38,984 nt of DNA from a virus (Duplodnaviria; Caudoviricetes), in IMG/VR virus record IMGVR_UViG_3300041097_000036, positions 1 to 38,984 of that record, one strand, 5' to 3'. The notes under the pieces were generated by a model, which ran no database searches, was not told the origin of the DNA, and worked only from the letters and a program-made list of their open reading frames with translations. The position numbers were made by a program, and so were the translations under genes. Positions 25,632 through 36,215 of the stretch are shown piece by piece (position 1 is the first letter of the stretch; every line of letters begins with the position of its first letter).

Positions 25632-26903
25632 ATGCCCAAGGTGCGCGCTTACGGCGCGGACGCCACGCTGAAGGCTTGCCGTGAGGCGAGCTACGGGGCG
25701 GCTCCGCTCTCCGGTTATCGAAGCCTCGACTTCAAGTCGACGGACCTGTCTTCGGCGCAGCCGCTGGGGGACGACCCGCTCCTGGGGCGGGGACGCAATG
25801 CGCAGGATCCCTATCGCGGGCTGATCACCGATGAGGGGCAGATCGATATCCCGTTCGACCTGCGTGGCACCGGCTTCTGGCTGACCGGCCTGTTCGGCGA
25901 CCCCGTGACGACGGCGACGAACGCCTCTGGCTCGATCGCCTTCGCGGCAAACCCGTCGCCCGGCGACACCATCACGCTAAACGGCACGGTCTGGACTTTG
26001 GTCGCGGGGACGCCCTCGGGCAACCAGACCGAGATCCAGGCGACCGTGACGCAGACCGTCGATCAGCTGGTCGACGATCTCAACGCCTCGGCCGATGCAG
26101 AGATCGCCAAATGCACCTATTCCCGGCCGACGAGCACCCAGACGCTCGTGATCCTGTTCGACACGGCCGGCCCGACTGGCAACAGCTTCAGCCTTGCAGC
26201 ATCGGCGGCGAGCGTGTCCGGCCCGACGCTGACCGGTGGCGGCTATGCCCATGTCTGGGAAAGCGGCGCCGACGACATCCCGAGCTACACGATCGAGATC
26301 GGCCACCCGAAGCTGACGACCCCGGTCTTCTTCCGCCATCTCGGCACGGTGATGGAGAGCCTCAATTTCGAGATGGGCCAGGAGGGGCCTGCCAACGCCC
26401 GCCTCCAGCTCGTGGCGCAAGGCGAGGAGCGTTTCGCCGCGACGGTTGACGGCAGTCCGGACGCCTTCTCGCTGCGCCGCTTCAGCCAGGGGCGCGGCTT
26501 CATCCGGCGTGGTGGCCAGCCGCTCGCGGGCGTCACCGGCGGCAGTCTGACTTTCTCGAACAACCTCGAACGGGTGCGGGTGATCCGCGAGGACGGCAAG
26601 ATCGAGGCGGCCGATCCCACCTTCGCGTCCGCCGAAGGCTCGATGTCGGTGCGCTTCGACGGCGCGACGCTTGTCGCCGAGGCCGCCAATGGCGATCCCG
26701 TCGCACTGGATTACGGCTTCACTTTCCCCGAAGGCTACGCGCTGCGGTTCGAGCTGCCGCGGGTCTTCCTCCCCAAGCCCAAATACGCCGTCTCCGGCCC
26801 CGGTGGGGTCGAGGCGAGCTTCGACTGGCGCGCCGCCTTCGACGACAGCGAGGGCACCATGCTGCGCGCCCATCTCCTGAACGACGTCACCAGCTACGCA
26901 TGA
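25632..26903 (+). CDS. Tail tube protein with inserted domain
   Basis: RAYGADA, LLGRGR, GPGGVEASFDWRAA; AGGAG RBS. Confidence 0.85.
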   Translation: MPKVRAYGADATLKACREASYGAAPLSGYRSLDFKSTDLSSAQPLGDDPLLGRGRNAQDPYRGLITDEGQIDIPFDLRGTGFWLTGLFGDPVTTATNASGSIAFAANPSPGDTITLNGTVWTLVAGTPSGNQTEIQATVTQTVDQLVDDLNASADAEIAKCTYSRPTSTQTLVILFDTAGPTGNSFSLAASAASVSGPTLTGGGYAHVWESGADDIPSYTIEIGHPKLTTPVFFRHLGTVMESLNFEMGQEGPANARLQLVAQGEERFAATVDGSPDAFSLRRFSQGRGFIRRGGQPLAGVTGGSLTFSNNLERVRVIREDGKIEAADPTFASAEGSMSVRFDGATLVAEAANGDPVALDYGFTFPEGYALRFELPRVFLPKPKYAVSGPGGVEASFDWRAAFDDSEGTMLRAHLLNDVTSYA

Positions 26904-26913
26904 GGATGCATCC

Positions 26914-27363
26914 ATGATCCGTCTCGATCTCTCCCGCGAGCCGCGTTGGCTTGATCTCGGCCACGGTGTGCGCATGCACGTCGGTCCGCTCACCACGGCG
27001 CTGATGGCCGCTGCCCGCAGCGACCCGGCGGTCACCAGCCTGCCCGAAGGGGCATCGAACGAAACCATCGCGGTCGCCATGGCCAAGGCGCTGGCGCGGC
27101 TCGTGGTCGAGGACTGGGAGGGCGTCGGCGACGCAGACGGCAATCCCGTTCCGGTCAATCCGGAAGGGATCGACGCGCTGCTTGATATCCTGCCGCTCTT
27201 CGAGGCCTTCCAGCTGCGGTACGTCTCGAAGGGTCTGCTGCTGGGTGAAGAAAAAAACGGCTCCGCGCCCTTGCCGAATGGCATTTCAGCGGGGGCGACC
27301 AGTATTGCCGATCCTGTCATGTCAACACAGGGCGCATCTGCGGCGAGTGTCCAGCCGTCCTGA
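26914..27363 (+). CDS. Tail assembly chaperone (gpG-like)
   Basis: MIRLDLSREPRWLDL, DWEGVGDADG, EKN at the slippery site. Confidence 0.85.
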   Translation: MIRLDLSREPRWLDLGHGVRMHVGPLTTALMAAARSDPAVTSLPEGASNETIAVAMAKALARLVVEDWEGVGDADGNPVPVNPEGIDALLDILPLFEAFQLRYVSKGLLLGEEKNGSAPLPNGISAGATSIADPVMSTQGASAASVQPS

Positions 27364-27593
27364 ACCGCCCCCATACCCTCGAAGTCTGGCAGGTCTGGGA
27401 TCTCGCCTTGCGGCTCACGGGCCAGCTGCGCGCTATCCCCGGCGCAGTCCTGGGGCTCGACATGACCGCCGCCCTCGCGATCGCCGAGGCGCTCGGGCTC
27501 AACACACTGATCTGCGCGGAGCTGTTGCCGGACATCGAGGCAATGATGGTGCGCGGCCTCAATGCGCAAATGAAGGCTGAACACGATGGCTGA
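27252..27593 (+). CDS. gpT-like extension expressed by -1 frameshift
   Basis: A AAA AAC at 27252-27258; the -1 frame stays open to 27593 (RLRALAEWHFSGG..C..C..C..CP..WQVWDL). Confidence 0.75.
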   Translation, partial: KKRLRALAEWHFSGGDQYCRSCHVNTGRICGECPAVLNRPHTLEVWQVWDLALRLTGQLRAIPGAVLGLDMTAALAIAEALGLNTLICAELLPDIEAMMVRGLNAQMKAEHDG

Positions 27594-30081
27594 GAAAAGG
27601 GTGTCCGTGCGCCTTGCCGTCGTCGGCGGCCGAGAGGTTCGCGCCGAGCTGCAGGGCATCGGCGATGCGGGCGAACAGGGCATGCGGCGCCTGTCCCGCG
27701 AGATGGATGCGGCGAACACGCGCGTCGCCGCCTTCTACCGACGGGTTCAGATAGCTGCCGCTGCGGCGGCGGCGGCGTTTGCAGCCGGCGCGGCGGCGAT
27801 GATCCGCTCCGGCCTGCAAGTCATCGACAATCAGGCCAAGCTCGCCGCTTCGCTCGGCACGACGGTCGAGAGCATCCAGGTGCTGGAGCGCGCCGGTGAT
27901 CTTGCCGGCGTCTCCATGGGCGAGATCGAACAGGCGACCATCCAACTGACCCGGCGCCTGAGCCAGGCGGCAGCCGGAACCGGAGCCGCGGTCGGCGCGC
28001 TCGAACGTCTGAGGCTCACCTCTCAGGAACTGCAGCGCCTTCCCCTCGACCAGCGCATCGCCGCCATCCAGGAGGCCCTCGCCCGCTACGTGCCCGAGGC
28101 CGAGCGTGCGGCGGTCGCCTCCCAGCTCTTCGGCGATCGCGCCGCGCTCACCTTCCTGCGCATCGACACGGCGACGCTCAGGACGGCGACGCAGGACGTG
28201 CGGGACTTCGGGGTCGTGGTGTCGCAACAGGACGCGGCCCAGATCGAGCGCACCAATGACGCTATCTCTCGCCTCGGTCTGATCTGGCGTGGGGTCTCGA
28301 ACCAGCTGGCGGTCGCCGCAGCGCCCGCCTTGGAAGCTGTCGCGGACGCGCTCGCTGCCATGGCGCGCACCACCGGGCCGCTCGGGCAGGCCATTCGGCT
28401 TCTGTTCGACAATCTCGGCCGGCTTGCCTCGATCGCCGCCGCATTCGCCGCCCTGATGGCGGGACGCTTTGTCGCCAGCATGGTGGTGGCGGCCGTCTCG
28501 GTCCGTGGGCTCGCCACTGCGCTCGTTTTCCTGCGCGGCGCGATCATTCGCACCGGGATTGGCGCGCTGGTCGTGGCGGCGGGTGAGCTGATCTATCAGT
28601 TCGGGCGGCTCGTGCAGGCCACGGGCGGCTTCGGCGGGGCTCTCAATCTGCTGGGGGATGTGGCGCGTGAAGTGTGGGACCGGATCGGCCTGCTCGTCGA
28701 GGTGCTGAAGAACCGGATCGCCGCAGCCTGGCTCGGCATTCAGGCGAACGTCGCCGACGCGCTGCAAGGCGCCCTCGATGCCGTCGTCGCTTTCGGCAAT
28801 CGGACCGTCAACGTCTTCCAGGGCACGTTCGACGCCATGGTGGCGATCTGGAGTCGCCTGCCGGCAGCGATCGGCGACTTCGCCATCCGGGCGGCCAATG
28901 CGCTGATCGCCGCCGTCGAATGGATGCTGAACGGCGCCACGCGCGGCATTAACGGCTTGGTACAGGGAATTGGCGCCGCGCTTTCAGCGATCGGCATCGA
29001 GACCGAAATCAGACTCGTTCCGGATATCGATCTCGGCCGGATCGAGAACCAGTTCGCGGGCGCCGCCGAAGGCGCCGGCACGGCTGCGCGCGACGCCTTC
29101 GCGGCCGCCTTCGAGACCGATGCATTTCGCGTTCCGGATCTCGGATTCTCCGCCTTCGCGGAGGATGCCCGTCGCGCCGCCGAGAGCGCCCGCGAAACCG
29201 CGAATGCCCTTGGTGAACTTGCCGGCGCGCCGCTGGAGTCGGTCGCCGCGCTCCGTGAGGCAATGGCCGGGGCGAACACCCAGATCGATGAGGCTGCTGC
29301 CGCGACGGAGCGGCTCGACACGGCGTTCGGCGCGATCGGTGGCGGCAGTGGCGATGAGGCAGGTGATGGAGCGGGTGGGAGAGGCTCGGCAGGGCGCGCC
29401 GCCGCGGCAAGTCGCGAAGCCGGCCGGGAGATCAAGACCGCCGCCGAAGAGGCCGCGACCGGCTGGGCAGCGGCGCGCGAGGAGCTTGCGCGCTACGCCG
29501 AGGAAGCCGCGAATTGGGGCAAGGGCCTCGGCAATGCGCTCACCAGCGCCTTCCGGTCGGCCGAAGACGCTGTCGCGAAGTTCGTGACGACCGGCAAATT
29601 CGACTTCAAGTCGCTCGCCGATAGCATCCTGGCCGACATCACTCGCATCGCGCTGCGCTCGGCGATCCTCGGGCCCCTCGCCAACGCGCTCGGTGGCATG
29701 GGCGGCGGCAGCGGGCTCTTCGGCAATCTGTTCGGCGGGGGCGGCGGCATCCTGTCGGGCATCTTCCACGCGGGCGGCATCGTCGGCGCTCCTGCGCCGC
29801 AGCGGCTCGTGCCGGCGTTCGCTTTTGCCGGTGCGCCGCGCCTGCATGGCGGCGGCATGGCGGGTCTTCGTCCCGACGAGGTTCCCGCCATTCTGCAACG
29901 AGGCGAGATGGTGCTGTCGCGCTCCCAGCTCGCAGCGATGGGCTCGGCCCGCGAGACGCGCCCTCCCGTGAATGTTGTGATGAACATCTCGACCCCCGAC
30001 GCGAACAGCTTCCGCTACGCGCAAGGCCAGATTGCTGCCGACGCCGCCCGCGCCATGGAACGGGCGCGGCGTAATCTCTGA
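27586..30081 (+). CDS. Tail tape measure protein
   Basis: MAEKRVSVRL, Ala-rich helical composition, C-terminal FHAGG / DEVPAILQRGE. Confidence 0.93.
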   Translation: MAEKRVSVRLAVVGGREVRAELQGIGDAGEQGMRRLSREMDAANTRVAAFYRRVQIAAAAAAAAFAAGAAAMIRSGLQVIDNQAKLAASLGTTVESIQVLERAGDLAGVSMGEIEQATIQLTRRLSQAAAGTGAAVGALERLRLTSQELQRLPLDQRIAAIQEALARYVPEAERAAVASQLFGDRAALTFLRIDTATLRTATQDVRDFGVVVSQQDAAQIERTNDAISRLGLIWRGVSNQLAVAAAPALEAVADALAAMARTTGPLGQAIRLLFDNLGRLASIAAAFAALMAGRFVASMVVAAVSVRGLATALVFLRGAIIRTGIGALVVAAGELIYQFGRLVQATGGFGGALNLLGDVAREVWDRIGLLVEVLKNRIAAAWLGIQANVADALQGALDAVVAFGNRTVNVFQGTFDAMVAIWSRLPAAIGDFAIRAANALIAAVEWMLNGATRGINGLVQGIGAALSAIGIETEIRLVPDIDLGRIENQFAGAAEGAGTAARDAFAAAFETDAFRVPDLGFSAFAEDARRAAESARETANALGELAGAPLESVAALREAMAGANTQIDEAAAATERLDTAFGAIGGGSGDEAGDGAGGRGSAGRAAAASREAGREIKTAAEEAATGWAAAREELARYAEEAANWGKGLGNALTSAFRSAEDAVAKFVTTGKFDFKSLADSILADITRIALRSAILGPLANALGGMGGGSGLFGNLFGGGGGILSGIFHAGGIVGAPAPQRLVPAFAFAGAPRLHGGGMAGLRPDEVPAILQRGEMVLSRSQLAAMGSARETRPPVNVVMNISTPDANSFRYAQGQIAADAARAMERARRNL

Positions 30082-30092
30082 CGGACTGAACC

Positions 30093-30695
30093 ATGAGCGG
30101 ATTTCACGAGGTGCAGTTTCCGCCCGACATCTCCTACGGGGCGTCGGGCGGACCGGGCTATTCGACCACGGTCGTCACCACCGTCTCCGGCCATGAACGC
30201 CGCAATGCCAACTGGGCCGCTGCGCGAGGCAAATGGAACGTGGCGCATGGCCTCAAGAAGCGCGAGCAGGTCGCGGCGCTGATCGCCTTCTTCCGTGCCC
30301 GCAAGGGCCGCGCCTACGGGTTCCGCTTCAAGGACTGGACCGACTACCAGGCGTTCGCGCAGGTTCTGGGCGTCGGCGATGGCGCCAACAAGACCTTCCA
30401 GCTCGTCAGGCGCTATGCGAGCGGCGGCGAGATTGAGAGCCGCATCATCGCCAAGCCGGTTCCTGGCACGGTCAAGATCTACCGCGACGGCGTCGAGGCG
30501 ACATCTGGCTGGACCGTGAACACGGCGACGGGGCTCGTGACCTTTACGACCGCGCCCACGTCCGGCGTCCAGGTGACGGCGGATTTCGAGTTCGACGTGC
30601 CGGTCCGGTTCGACAGCGATCAGATGGACATCACCATCGAGACCTATCAGCTCGGCAGCTGGGGCCAGATCCCGGTGCTGGAGATCCGCCCATGA
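30093..30695 (+). CDS. DUF2460 distal tail protein (GTA-like)
   Basis: FHEVQFP, SGHERRN, GFRFKDWTD, FEFDVPVRFD. Confidence 0.92.
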   Translation: MSGFHEVQFPPDISYGASGGPGYSTTVVTTVSGHERRNANWAAARGKWNVAHGLKKREQVAALIAFFRARKGRAYGFRFKDWTDYQAFAQVLGVGDGANKTFQLVRRYASGGEIESRIIAKPVPGTVKIYRDGVEATSGWTVNTATGLVTFTTAPTSGVQVTADFEFDVPVRFDSDQMDITIETYQLGSWGQIPVLEIRP

Positions 30696-32272
30696 AGTCA
30701 ACATCGACAGCGCTCGCAACCCACCTGGCAGGGCCGGTGACGACGCTCGCCACCTGCTGGCGCATCACCCGCGTCGATGGCCGGGAGTTCTTCTTCACCG
30801 ACCATGATCGCGATCTCGTCTTCGACGGCGATCTCTACAAGGCGAGCTCCGGCTATTCGCGCACGGCGATCGCCAACGATGCGAGCCTCAGTGTCGACAA
30901 TCTCGATGTCGAAGGCGTGTTCGATGACGAGGCCATCACCGAGGAGGAGCTGCGCGCCGGCCTGTTCGATCAGGCCGAGGTGCGCATCTTCCTCGTCAAC
31001 TGGGCCGATCCTTCGATGGGCGCGCTTCGCATGCGGCGCGGCTGGTTTGGCGAGGTTGTCCTGACAGAACAGGGCGTCTTTCGTACCGAGCTGCGCGGGA
31101 TGACACAGGCGCTCTCCCAGCGTATTGGCGAGCTTTACAGCCCGGAATGCCGCGCAGATCTCGGCGATCCGCGCTGCAAGGTGCCGATCCACCCGCCCGA
31201 GATCCAGCGTTCGACGTCCTATGCGGTGGGCGATACTGTTCGCGTTCGCACCTCCTCGGCGCTCGCGACGATCGGCATTCCCTTCGTCAATCCCGGCTTC
31301 GATGCGGGCAATCTCTCCGGCTGGACCGTCGCCTCTGGTTCGGCAGCCGCCAGGACCACGAGCGGCGCGCTTGGTCCGAAGACAGGCACGCATTTCCTTG
31401 AAGGCGGCAGCGTCGCCAGCTTCGAGTTGCGTCAGACTATCGATCTCTCCCATGTTCTCGATGAGCCCATCCTCGATGCTGGAGACTACCGCCTGACCGT
31501 GGGCGGCTGGCGGGCCAATGGCGGCAGCAACACCGCCGATCAGGGACGGCTGCGCGTACAGCTGCTCGATGAACTGGGGGCCGTGCTCGCCACGCCGCTC
31601 GACACCGGCAATGAGGCGATGACCGGCGTCTGGACGCTCCGCCAGGTCGCCGACGCGCTGGTGCCGCTGGGTACCCGGCAGCTGCGCGTCATCTTCAACG
31701 GCACGAGGGTCAGCGGCTCGGTGTGCAATGCCGCGCTCGACGCCGTCAGCGGCTTCTTCACCGACACGACGACAGGCGTCGGCACGGCGGCAGTGTTCGA
31801 GAACCGCATCTACCGTTGCGTCGGCGCGGGCACGACGGCTGCTGACCAGCCAGCCTACGACACTTCCGTCGGCCAGCAGACCACCGACGGAACGGCCGTG
31901 TTCGAGGCAATGGAGTCCTGGAGCCGGGCTGGGATCGCCTCCGATGTCGTCGACCGGGCGGTGTTCACGGCTACGATCGACGAGCCGCGCGCGAGTGACG
32001 GCTGGTTCGCCGGTGGGGTGCTGACCTGGGAGAGCGGGCCCAATGCCGGGCGCTCGATCGAGGTGAAGGCGTGGACCCAAGCGTCGGGCCGCGTCGAGCT
32101 GTTCCTGCCCATGGGTTACGCGATCCGGGTCGGCGACCTCTTCCGCATCCATCCCGGCTGCGACAAGCGTCTCGACACCTGCATCGCCCGCTTTGCCAAC
32201 GTCCTCAACTTCCGCGGCGAGCCCTACGTGCCGGGCCAGGACGCCATGATGAGCTATCCCGATGCCCGCTGA
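30692..32272 (+). CDS. DUF2163 baseplate hub protein with inserted domain
   Basis: CWRITRVDG, FTDHDRDL, CRADLGD..C, GCDKRLDTC..RFANVLNFRGEP. Confidence 0.9.
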   Translation: MKSTSTALATHLAGPVTTLATCWRITRVDGREFFFTDHDRDLVFDGDLYKASSGYSRTAIANDASLSVDNLDVEGVFDDEAITEEELRAGLFDQAEVRIFLVNWADPSMGALRMRRGWFGEVVLTEQGVFRTELRGMTQALSQRIGELYSPECRADLGDPRCKVPIHPPEIQRSTSYAVGDTVRVRTSSALATIGIPFVNPGFDAGNLSGWTVASGSAAARTTSGALGPKTGTHFLEGGSVASFELRQTIDLSHVLDEPILDAGDYRLTVGGWRANGGSNTADQGRLRVQLLDELGAVLATPLDTGNEAMTGVWTLRQVADALVPLGTRQLRVIFNGTRVSGSVCNAALDAVSGFFTDTTTGVGTAAVFENRIYRCVGAGTTAADQPAYDTSVGQQTTDGTAVFEAMESWSRAGIASDVVDRAVFTATIDEPRASDGWFAGGVLTWESGPNAGRSIEVKAWTQASGRVELFLPMGYAIRVGDLFRIHPGCDKRLDTCIARFANVLNFRGEPYVPGQDAMMSYPDAR

Positions 32273-32696
32273 GATCATCATCCCTAAGAGCATCGTCGCC
32301 GAGGCGCGCGGCTGGCTCGGCGTGCCCTGGCGACATCAGGGGCGGACGCGTTCGGGCATCGACTGCGTCGGGTTGGTAGTCTGCGTCGCACATGCGCTGC
32401 ACCTGTCTGAATATGACAGCACTGGCTACAGCCGCCGCGCTCAGGGACAGGGTTTCGTCGATCATTTCCGGGGTAATATGGACGGCGTCGCCATCCTGGA
32501 GGCCCAGCCCGGTGACGTGCTCGTCTTCGCCGACCAGGCCTATCCCTGCCATTGCGGCTTCCTGACCGAGCGGCTCGGCCATCCCCATCTGCTGCACGCC
32601 CATGCGACGCGCCGGCAGGTGATCGAAGAGCCCTATGCCGGCGAATGGCCGGACAAGATCAAGTTCGCCTTTCGCTTTCGCCATCCCGGACACTGA
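32262..32696 (+). CDS. NlpC/P60 tail-associated peptidase
   Basis: ARGWLGVPWRHQGR, GIDCVGL, HCG, LLHA. Confidence 0.92.
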   Translation: MPAEIIIPKSIVAEARGWLGVPWRHQGRTRSGIDCVGLVVCVAHALHLSEYDSTGYSRRAQGQGFVDHFRGNMDGVAILEAQPGDVLVFADQAYPCHCGFLTERLGHPHLLHAHATRRQVIEEPYAGEWPDKIKFAFRFRHPGH

Positions 32697-32702
32697 ACTC
32701 TC

Positions 32703-35700
32703 ATGGCCATTCTCGTTGCAGTGGGCGGCGCCGCACTCGGCTCCGCCGTCGGTCTCGGCTGGCAGGCCGGCTGGCTGGTGGGCTCGGTGGTCGGCAGCCT
32801 CTTGTTTCCCGCCAAGGGACAGAACGTCACGACCGAGGGCCCGCGTCTCGGCGATCTGACCGTCTCATCCTCCGCCTATGGCGCATCGATCCCGATCGGC
32901 TACGGCACGCTGCGCATGGCCGGCAACATGATCTGGTCGTCGGGGATCCGCGAACAGCAGAACGTCACCCGCACCCGCTCCGGCGGCAAAGGCGGCGGCG
33001 GGCGCAGCACCCAGACATCGATCAGCTATTCCTATTTTGCGTCGTTCGCGCTCAGCTTCGGCGAGGGCCCGGCCGAGGACGTGCTGCGCATTTGGGCCGA
33101 CGGCAAGCTGATCTACGACAAGACCGGATCGAGCCCCGACGTCGCCAAACCCAATCTGCGCTTCCGCTTGCATCGCGGCAGCGAGACCCAGCTGCCCGAT
33201 CCACTGATCGAGACCCATGTCGGCGCAGGCCGTGCGCCGGCGCATCGCGGGCTGTGCGTCATCGTCTTCGAGGACCTGGCGCTCGCAGACTTCGGCAACC
33301 GCATCCCGAACATCACGGCGGAGATCACCTATCGGCGCGCCGCGCAGCAGCCCTACCAGCTGATGGATTTCATCACGACGGGCGAAGGCGGATATTTCGG
33401 GTCCTACCAGATCAGCGACCTCGCCATCGATTGGCGGCGCGGCTACGGTTACTTCGTCTCGTCGAGCAGCAACGCCCAAGCCGCCGGTATTCGCCGCTTC
33501 AATCTGCGCACCATGGCGGAGGACCGCCAGGCGCGGATGACGGACGTTGCCGCCGTCACGCCCAACAATTTCCCGAGCACGCTGTTCTGCGGCGAGGACG
33601 GTCACCTTTACCTGACGGTAGGCTCGGGCAACTCGCGGCCGATCATCCGGGTCGAGCCGAATGCGCTAAAGGAAGTGGGCCGCTTCGGCTTCACCAGCAC
33701 CGGCCTTTCCAACACCACGACCCGCTTCGTGACGACGACCTGGTTGGGCATGATCTCGGCCTACGGTCCGTCCGGTCGCGTCGATTTTCTGCTGACCGGC
33801 TCGCTGTTCAACGACATCGGGCTCTTGCGCGCCGACAGCATGGGCTACGTCTGGGGCGCCGGCCAGACGGTGACGGAATCCCGCGTGCGGGGCGCAATCG
33901 GCGGCGCCGTCGGTGAGGGTTATGGCGATGGCTGGATCCTGGCGAGCGCGACATCGAGCAGTCTGAACCACACCAGCCTCGGGCTCTACCGCATTCGGGT
34001 TTCAGCCTTCGCGCAGTATGACGGTCTCACCGGCCAGTCGCTCGGCGTCACCTTCGAAAAAGTGGCGAGCTTCACGCCTGCGCAGATCGAAGCTGGCGCG
34101 ACGGGGTTCTACAGCGATGCGGGCGGACTGACCTACGACGCCACCGACGACAGCGTCATCTTCCAGATCACGATGTCGAACGGCGGCTCGGCCGGTACGA
34201 TCTATGCGATCAAGTGGCGCGCCGACACCGGGATCGTCTGGAAGACGGCGGTCCCGCACAAGATCAACTACGAAGGCCCGTTCTTCGGTCAGAGCCGCTT
34301 GCGGGGCCAGCGCTGGACGCTGATGCGCTCGACGCGCGTCGTCCAGCTCGACACGGCGACGGGCGCCATCATGCTCAATGAGATCTGGCCGGGCGCGGTC
34401 AGCGAACAGGGCGCACAGGTCTACGACGCCGTCACCGACACCCATCTGGTGCGCGGCAGTAGCGGCTGGGCCCGGCTGTTCCTCAATCGCGGGGGTGGCG
34501 AGGGTGAGGCGCTGTCGTCCATCGTCGCCGATCTCTGCGGACGCGCCGGGTTGGGGCTCGCCGACATTGACGTCGCCGAGCTCACGCCATCCGTGCCGGG
34601 CTACGTGATCGGGCGGCAGACGACCGTGCGCGGATCGATCGAGCCTCTGGCGCAGGCCTATTTCTTCGATGCGGCCGAGAGCGATGACACCCTTCGTTTC
34701 CGCAACCGCGGGCGCACGCCGGTCGCCACGATCCCGGCCGAATATCTCGTGCCGCTCGACAGCCAGACGGGCGAAAGCTGGCGCGAGCGCCGCACGCAGG
34801 AGGTCGAGCTGCCCGAGCGCGTCGCCGTCGTCTACATGGACCGGGACGCCGACTATCAACAGGGCACGCAGAGCGAGAAACGCGCATCACTGCCGCTGCC
34901 CACCATGCATTCGCGCAATCAGGCCAGCCTCGAGCTGGCGCTTGCCATCGACGCCACAACGGCCAAGCGCATCGCAGCCAAGACGCTCTACAGCGCCTGG
35001 ATCGAGCGCAGCGCCTACGAAGCCGAACTGCCGCCAGACTGGCTGCGGCTCGATCCGACCGACGTGGTGGATGTGGTCTTCGCCACCGGATCGACCTTCC
35101 GGACGCGGATCAACCGTCTCGATGTCGGCGCGGACTTCTCGCTGGCGATAAAGGGCGTCTCGGAGACCGCCGCCACCTATGTGTCCTCCGTCATCGCCGA
35201 TGGCGGCTCGGGCAAGCCCGTCCAGCTGGTGGGCGCGAATGCTGCAACACGGCTGATCCTGCCCGATCTGCCGCTCCTGCGCGACGTCGACGACTCCGGC
35301 GGTGCGGGCTCGCGGATCTACTATCTGATGGCGGGGTTCGGCGGCCCCGGCTGGCCCGGAGCCGCCCTCTATCGCAGCGCCGACGGCTCCGCATGGGCAC
35401 AAGCCGGGCGGGCCCTCAGCGAAGCAGCCTGGGGCGCCACGGCGAACGCGCTGGGCAGTCCACGCTCGCCGTTCGGCACCGACGAGGAGAACAGCCTCAC
35501 CGTCTTCATGACCACCGGCGGCGAGCGCTTGGAGAGCGTCACGCAGGAGGCTCTGGTCAATGGCGCCAATGCGGCCCTCGTGCTGAAGGCCAATGGCGAG
35601 CCCGAGATCATCCAGTTCCGTGATGTCACGCTGAACCCGGATGGCTCCTACACGCTCACCGGCTTGCTGCGCGGCCGACGCGGCACGGACGTCTTCGTCG

Positions 35701-36215
35701 ATGGCCATGCGGCAGGTGAGGTCTTCGTGCTGCTTGATCCTGATGACGTCGAGACGCTTGTCACGGCGCTCGGCGATCTCGGACTGCCGCGATCCTGGCG
35801 CGCCGTCGGCTTCGGCACGCTGTTCGAGGATGCCGAGACGTTTCTTCAGAGCCACTCGGGCCGCGACCTCAAACCTTATGCGCCCTGGAACGTCCGCGCG
35901 GTGAAGACCGGCAGCCCGGCGAACATCACGCTCTCCTGGATCCGTCGCACCCGCATTGGCGGTGAGCTGAAGGACGGGACCGGCGTGGTGCCGCTTGGGG
36001 AAGCCAGCGAAGCATATGAGGTCGACATCCTCGATGGTCCCGGCGGTGCGGTGAAGCGCACGCTCACCTCGGCGAGCCCCAGCGTCGTGTACGCGAATGC
36101 CGACATCCTGGCCGATTTCGGCGCGGTTCCAGCCTCGCTCTCGGTCGCCGTCCATCAACTGAGCGCCGTCGCGGGTCGCGGCTTCCCGCGCGCCGTCACT
36201 TTGGAGATCCCCTGA
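32703..36215 (+). CDS. Tail host-specificity / megatron-like protein
   Basis: EGPRL, YGASIPIGYG, RIWADGK, PAHRG, FGNRIP, LLRGRRGT, WIRRTR. Confidence 0.9.
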   Translation: MAILVAVGGAALGSAVGLGWQAGWLVGSVVGSLLFPAKGQNVTTEGPRLGDLTVSSSAYGASIPIGYGTLRMAGNMIWSSGIREQQNVTRTRSGGKGGGGRSTQTSISYSYFASFALSFGEGPAEDVLRIWADGKLIYDKTGSSPDVAKPNLRFRLHRGSETQLPDPLIETHVGAGRAPAHRGLCVIVFEDLALADFGNRIPNITAEITYRRAAQQPYQLMDFITTGEGGYFGSYQISDLAIDWRRGYGYFVSSSSNAQAAGIRRFNLRTMAEDRQARMTDVAAVTPNNFPSTLFCGEDGHLYLTVGSGNSRPIIRVEPNALKEVGRFGFTSTGLSNTTTRFVTTTWLGMISAYGPSGRVDFLLTGSLFNDIGLLRADSMGYVWGAGQTVTESRVRGAIGGAVGEGYGDGWILASATSSSLNHTSLGLYRIRVSAFAQYDGLTGQSLGVTFEKVASFTPAQIEAGATGFYSDAGGLTYDATDDSVIFQITMSNGGSAGTIYAIKWRADTGIVWKTAVPHKINYEGPFFGQSRLRGQRWTLMRSTRVVQLDTATGAIMLNEIWPGAVSEQGAQVYDAVTDTHLVRGSSGWARLFLNRGGGEGEALSSIVADLCGRAGLGLADIDVAELTPSVPGYVIGRQTTVRGSIEPLAQAYFFDAAESDDTLRFRNRGRTPVATIPAEYLVPLDSQTGESWRERRTQEVELPERVAVVYMDRDADYQQGTQSEKRASLPLPTMHSRNQASLELALAIDATTAKRIAAKTLYSAWIERSAYEAELPPDWLRLDPTDVVDVVFATGSTFRTRINRLDVGADFSLAIKGVSETAATYVSSVIADGGSGKPVQLVGANAATRLILPDLPLLRDVDDSGGAGSRIYYLMAGFGGPGWPGAALYRSADGSAWAQAGRALSEAAWGATANALGSPRSPFGTDEENSLTVFMTTGGERLESVTQEALVNGANAALVLKANGEPEIIQFRDVTLNPDGSYTLTGLLRGRRGTDVFVDGHAAGEVFVLLDPDDVETLVTALGDLGLPRSWRAVGFGTLFEDAETFLQSHSGRDLKPYAPWNVRAVKTGSPANITLSWIRRTRIGGELKDGTGVVPLGEASEAYEVDILDGPGGAVKRTLTSASPSVVYANADILADFGAVPASLSVAVHQLSAVAGRGFPRAVTLEIP

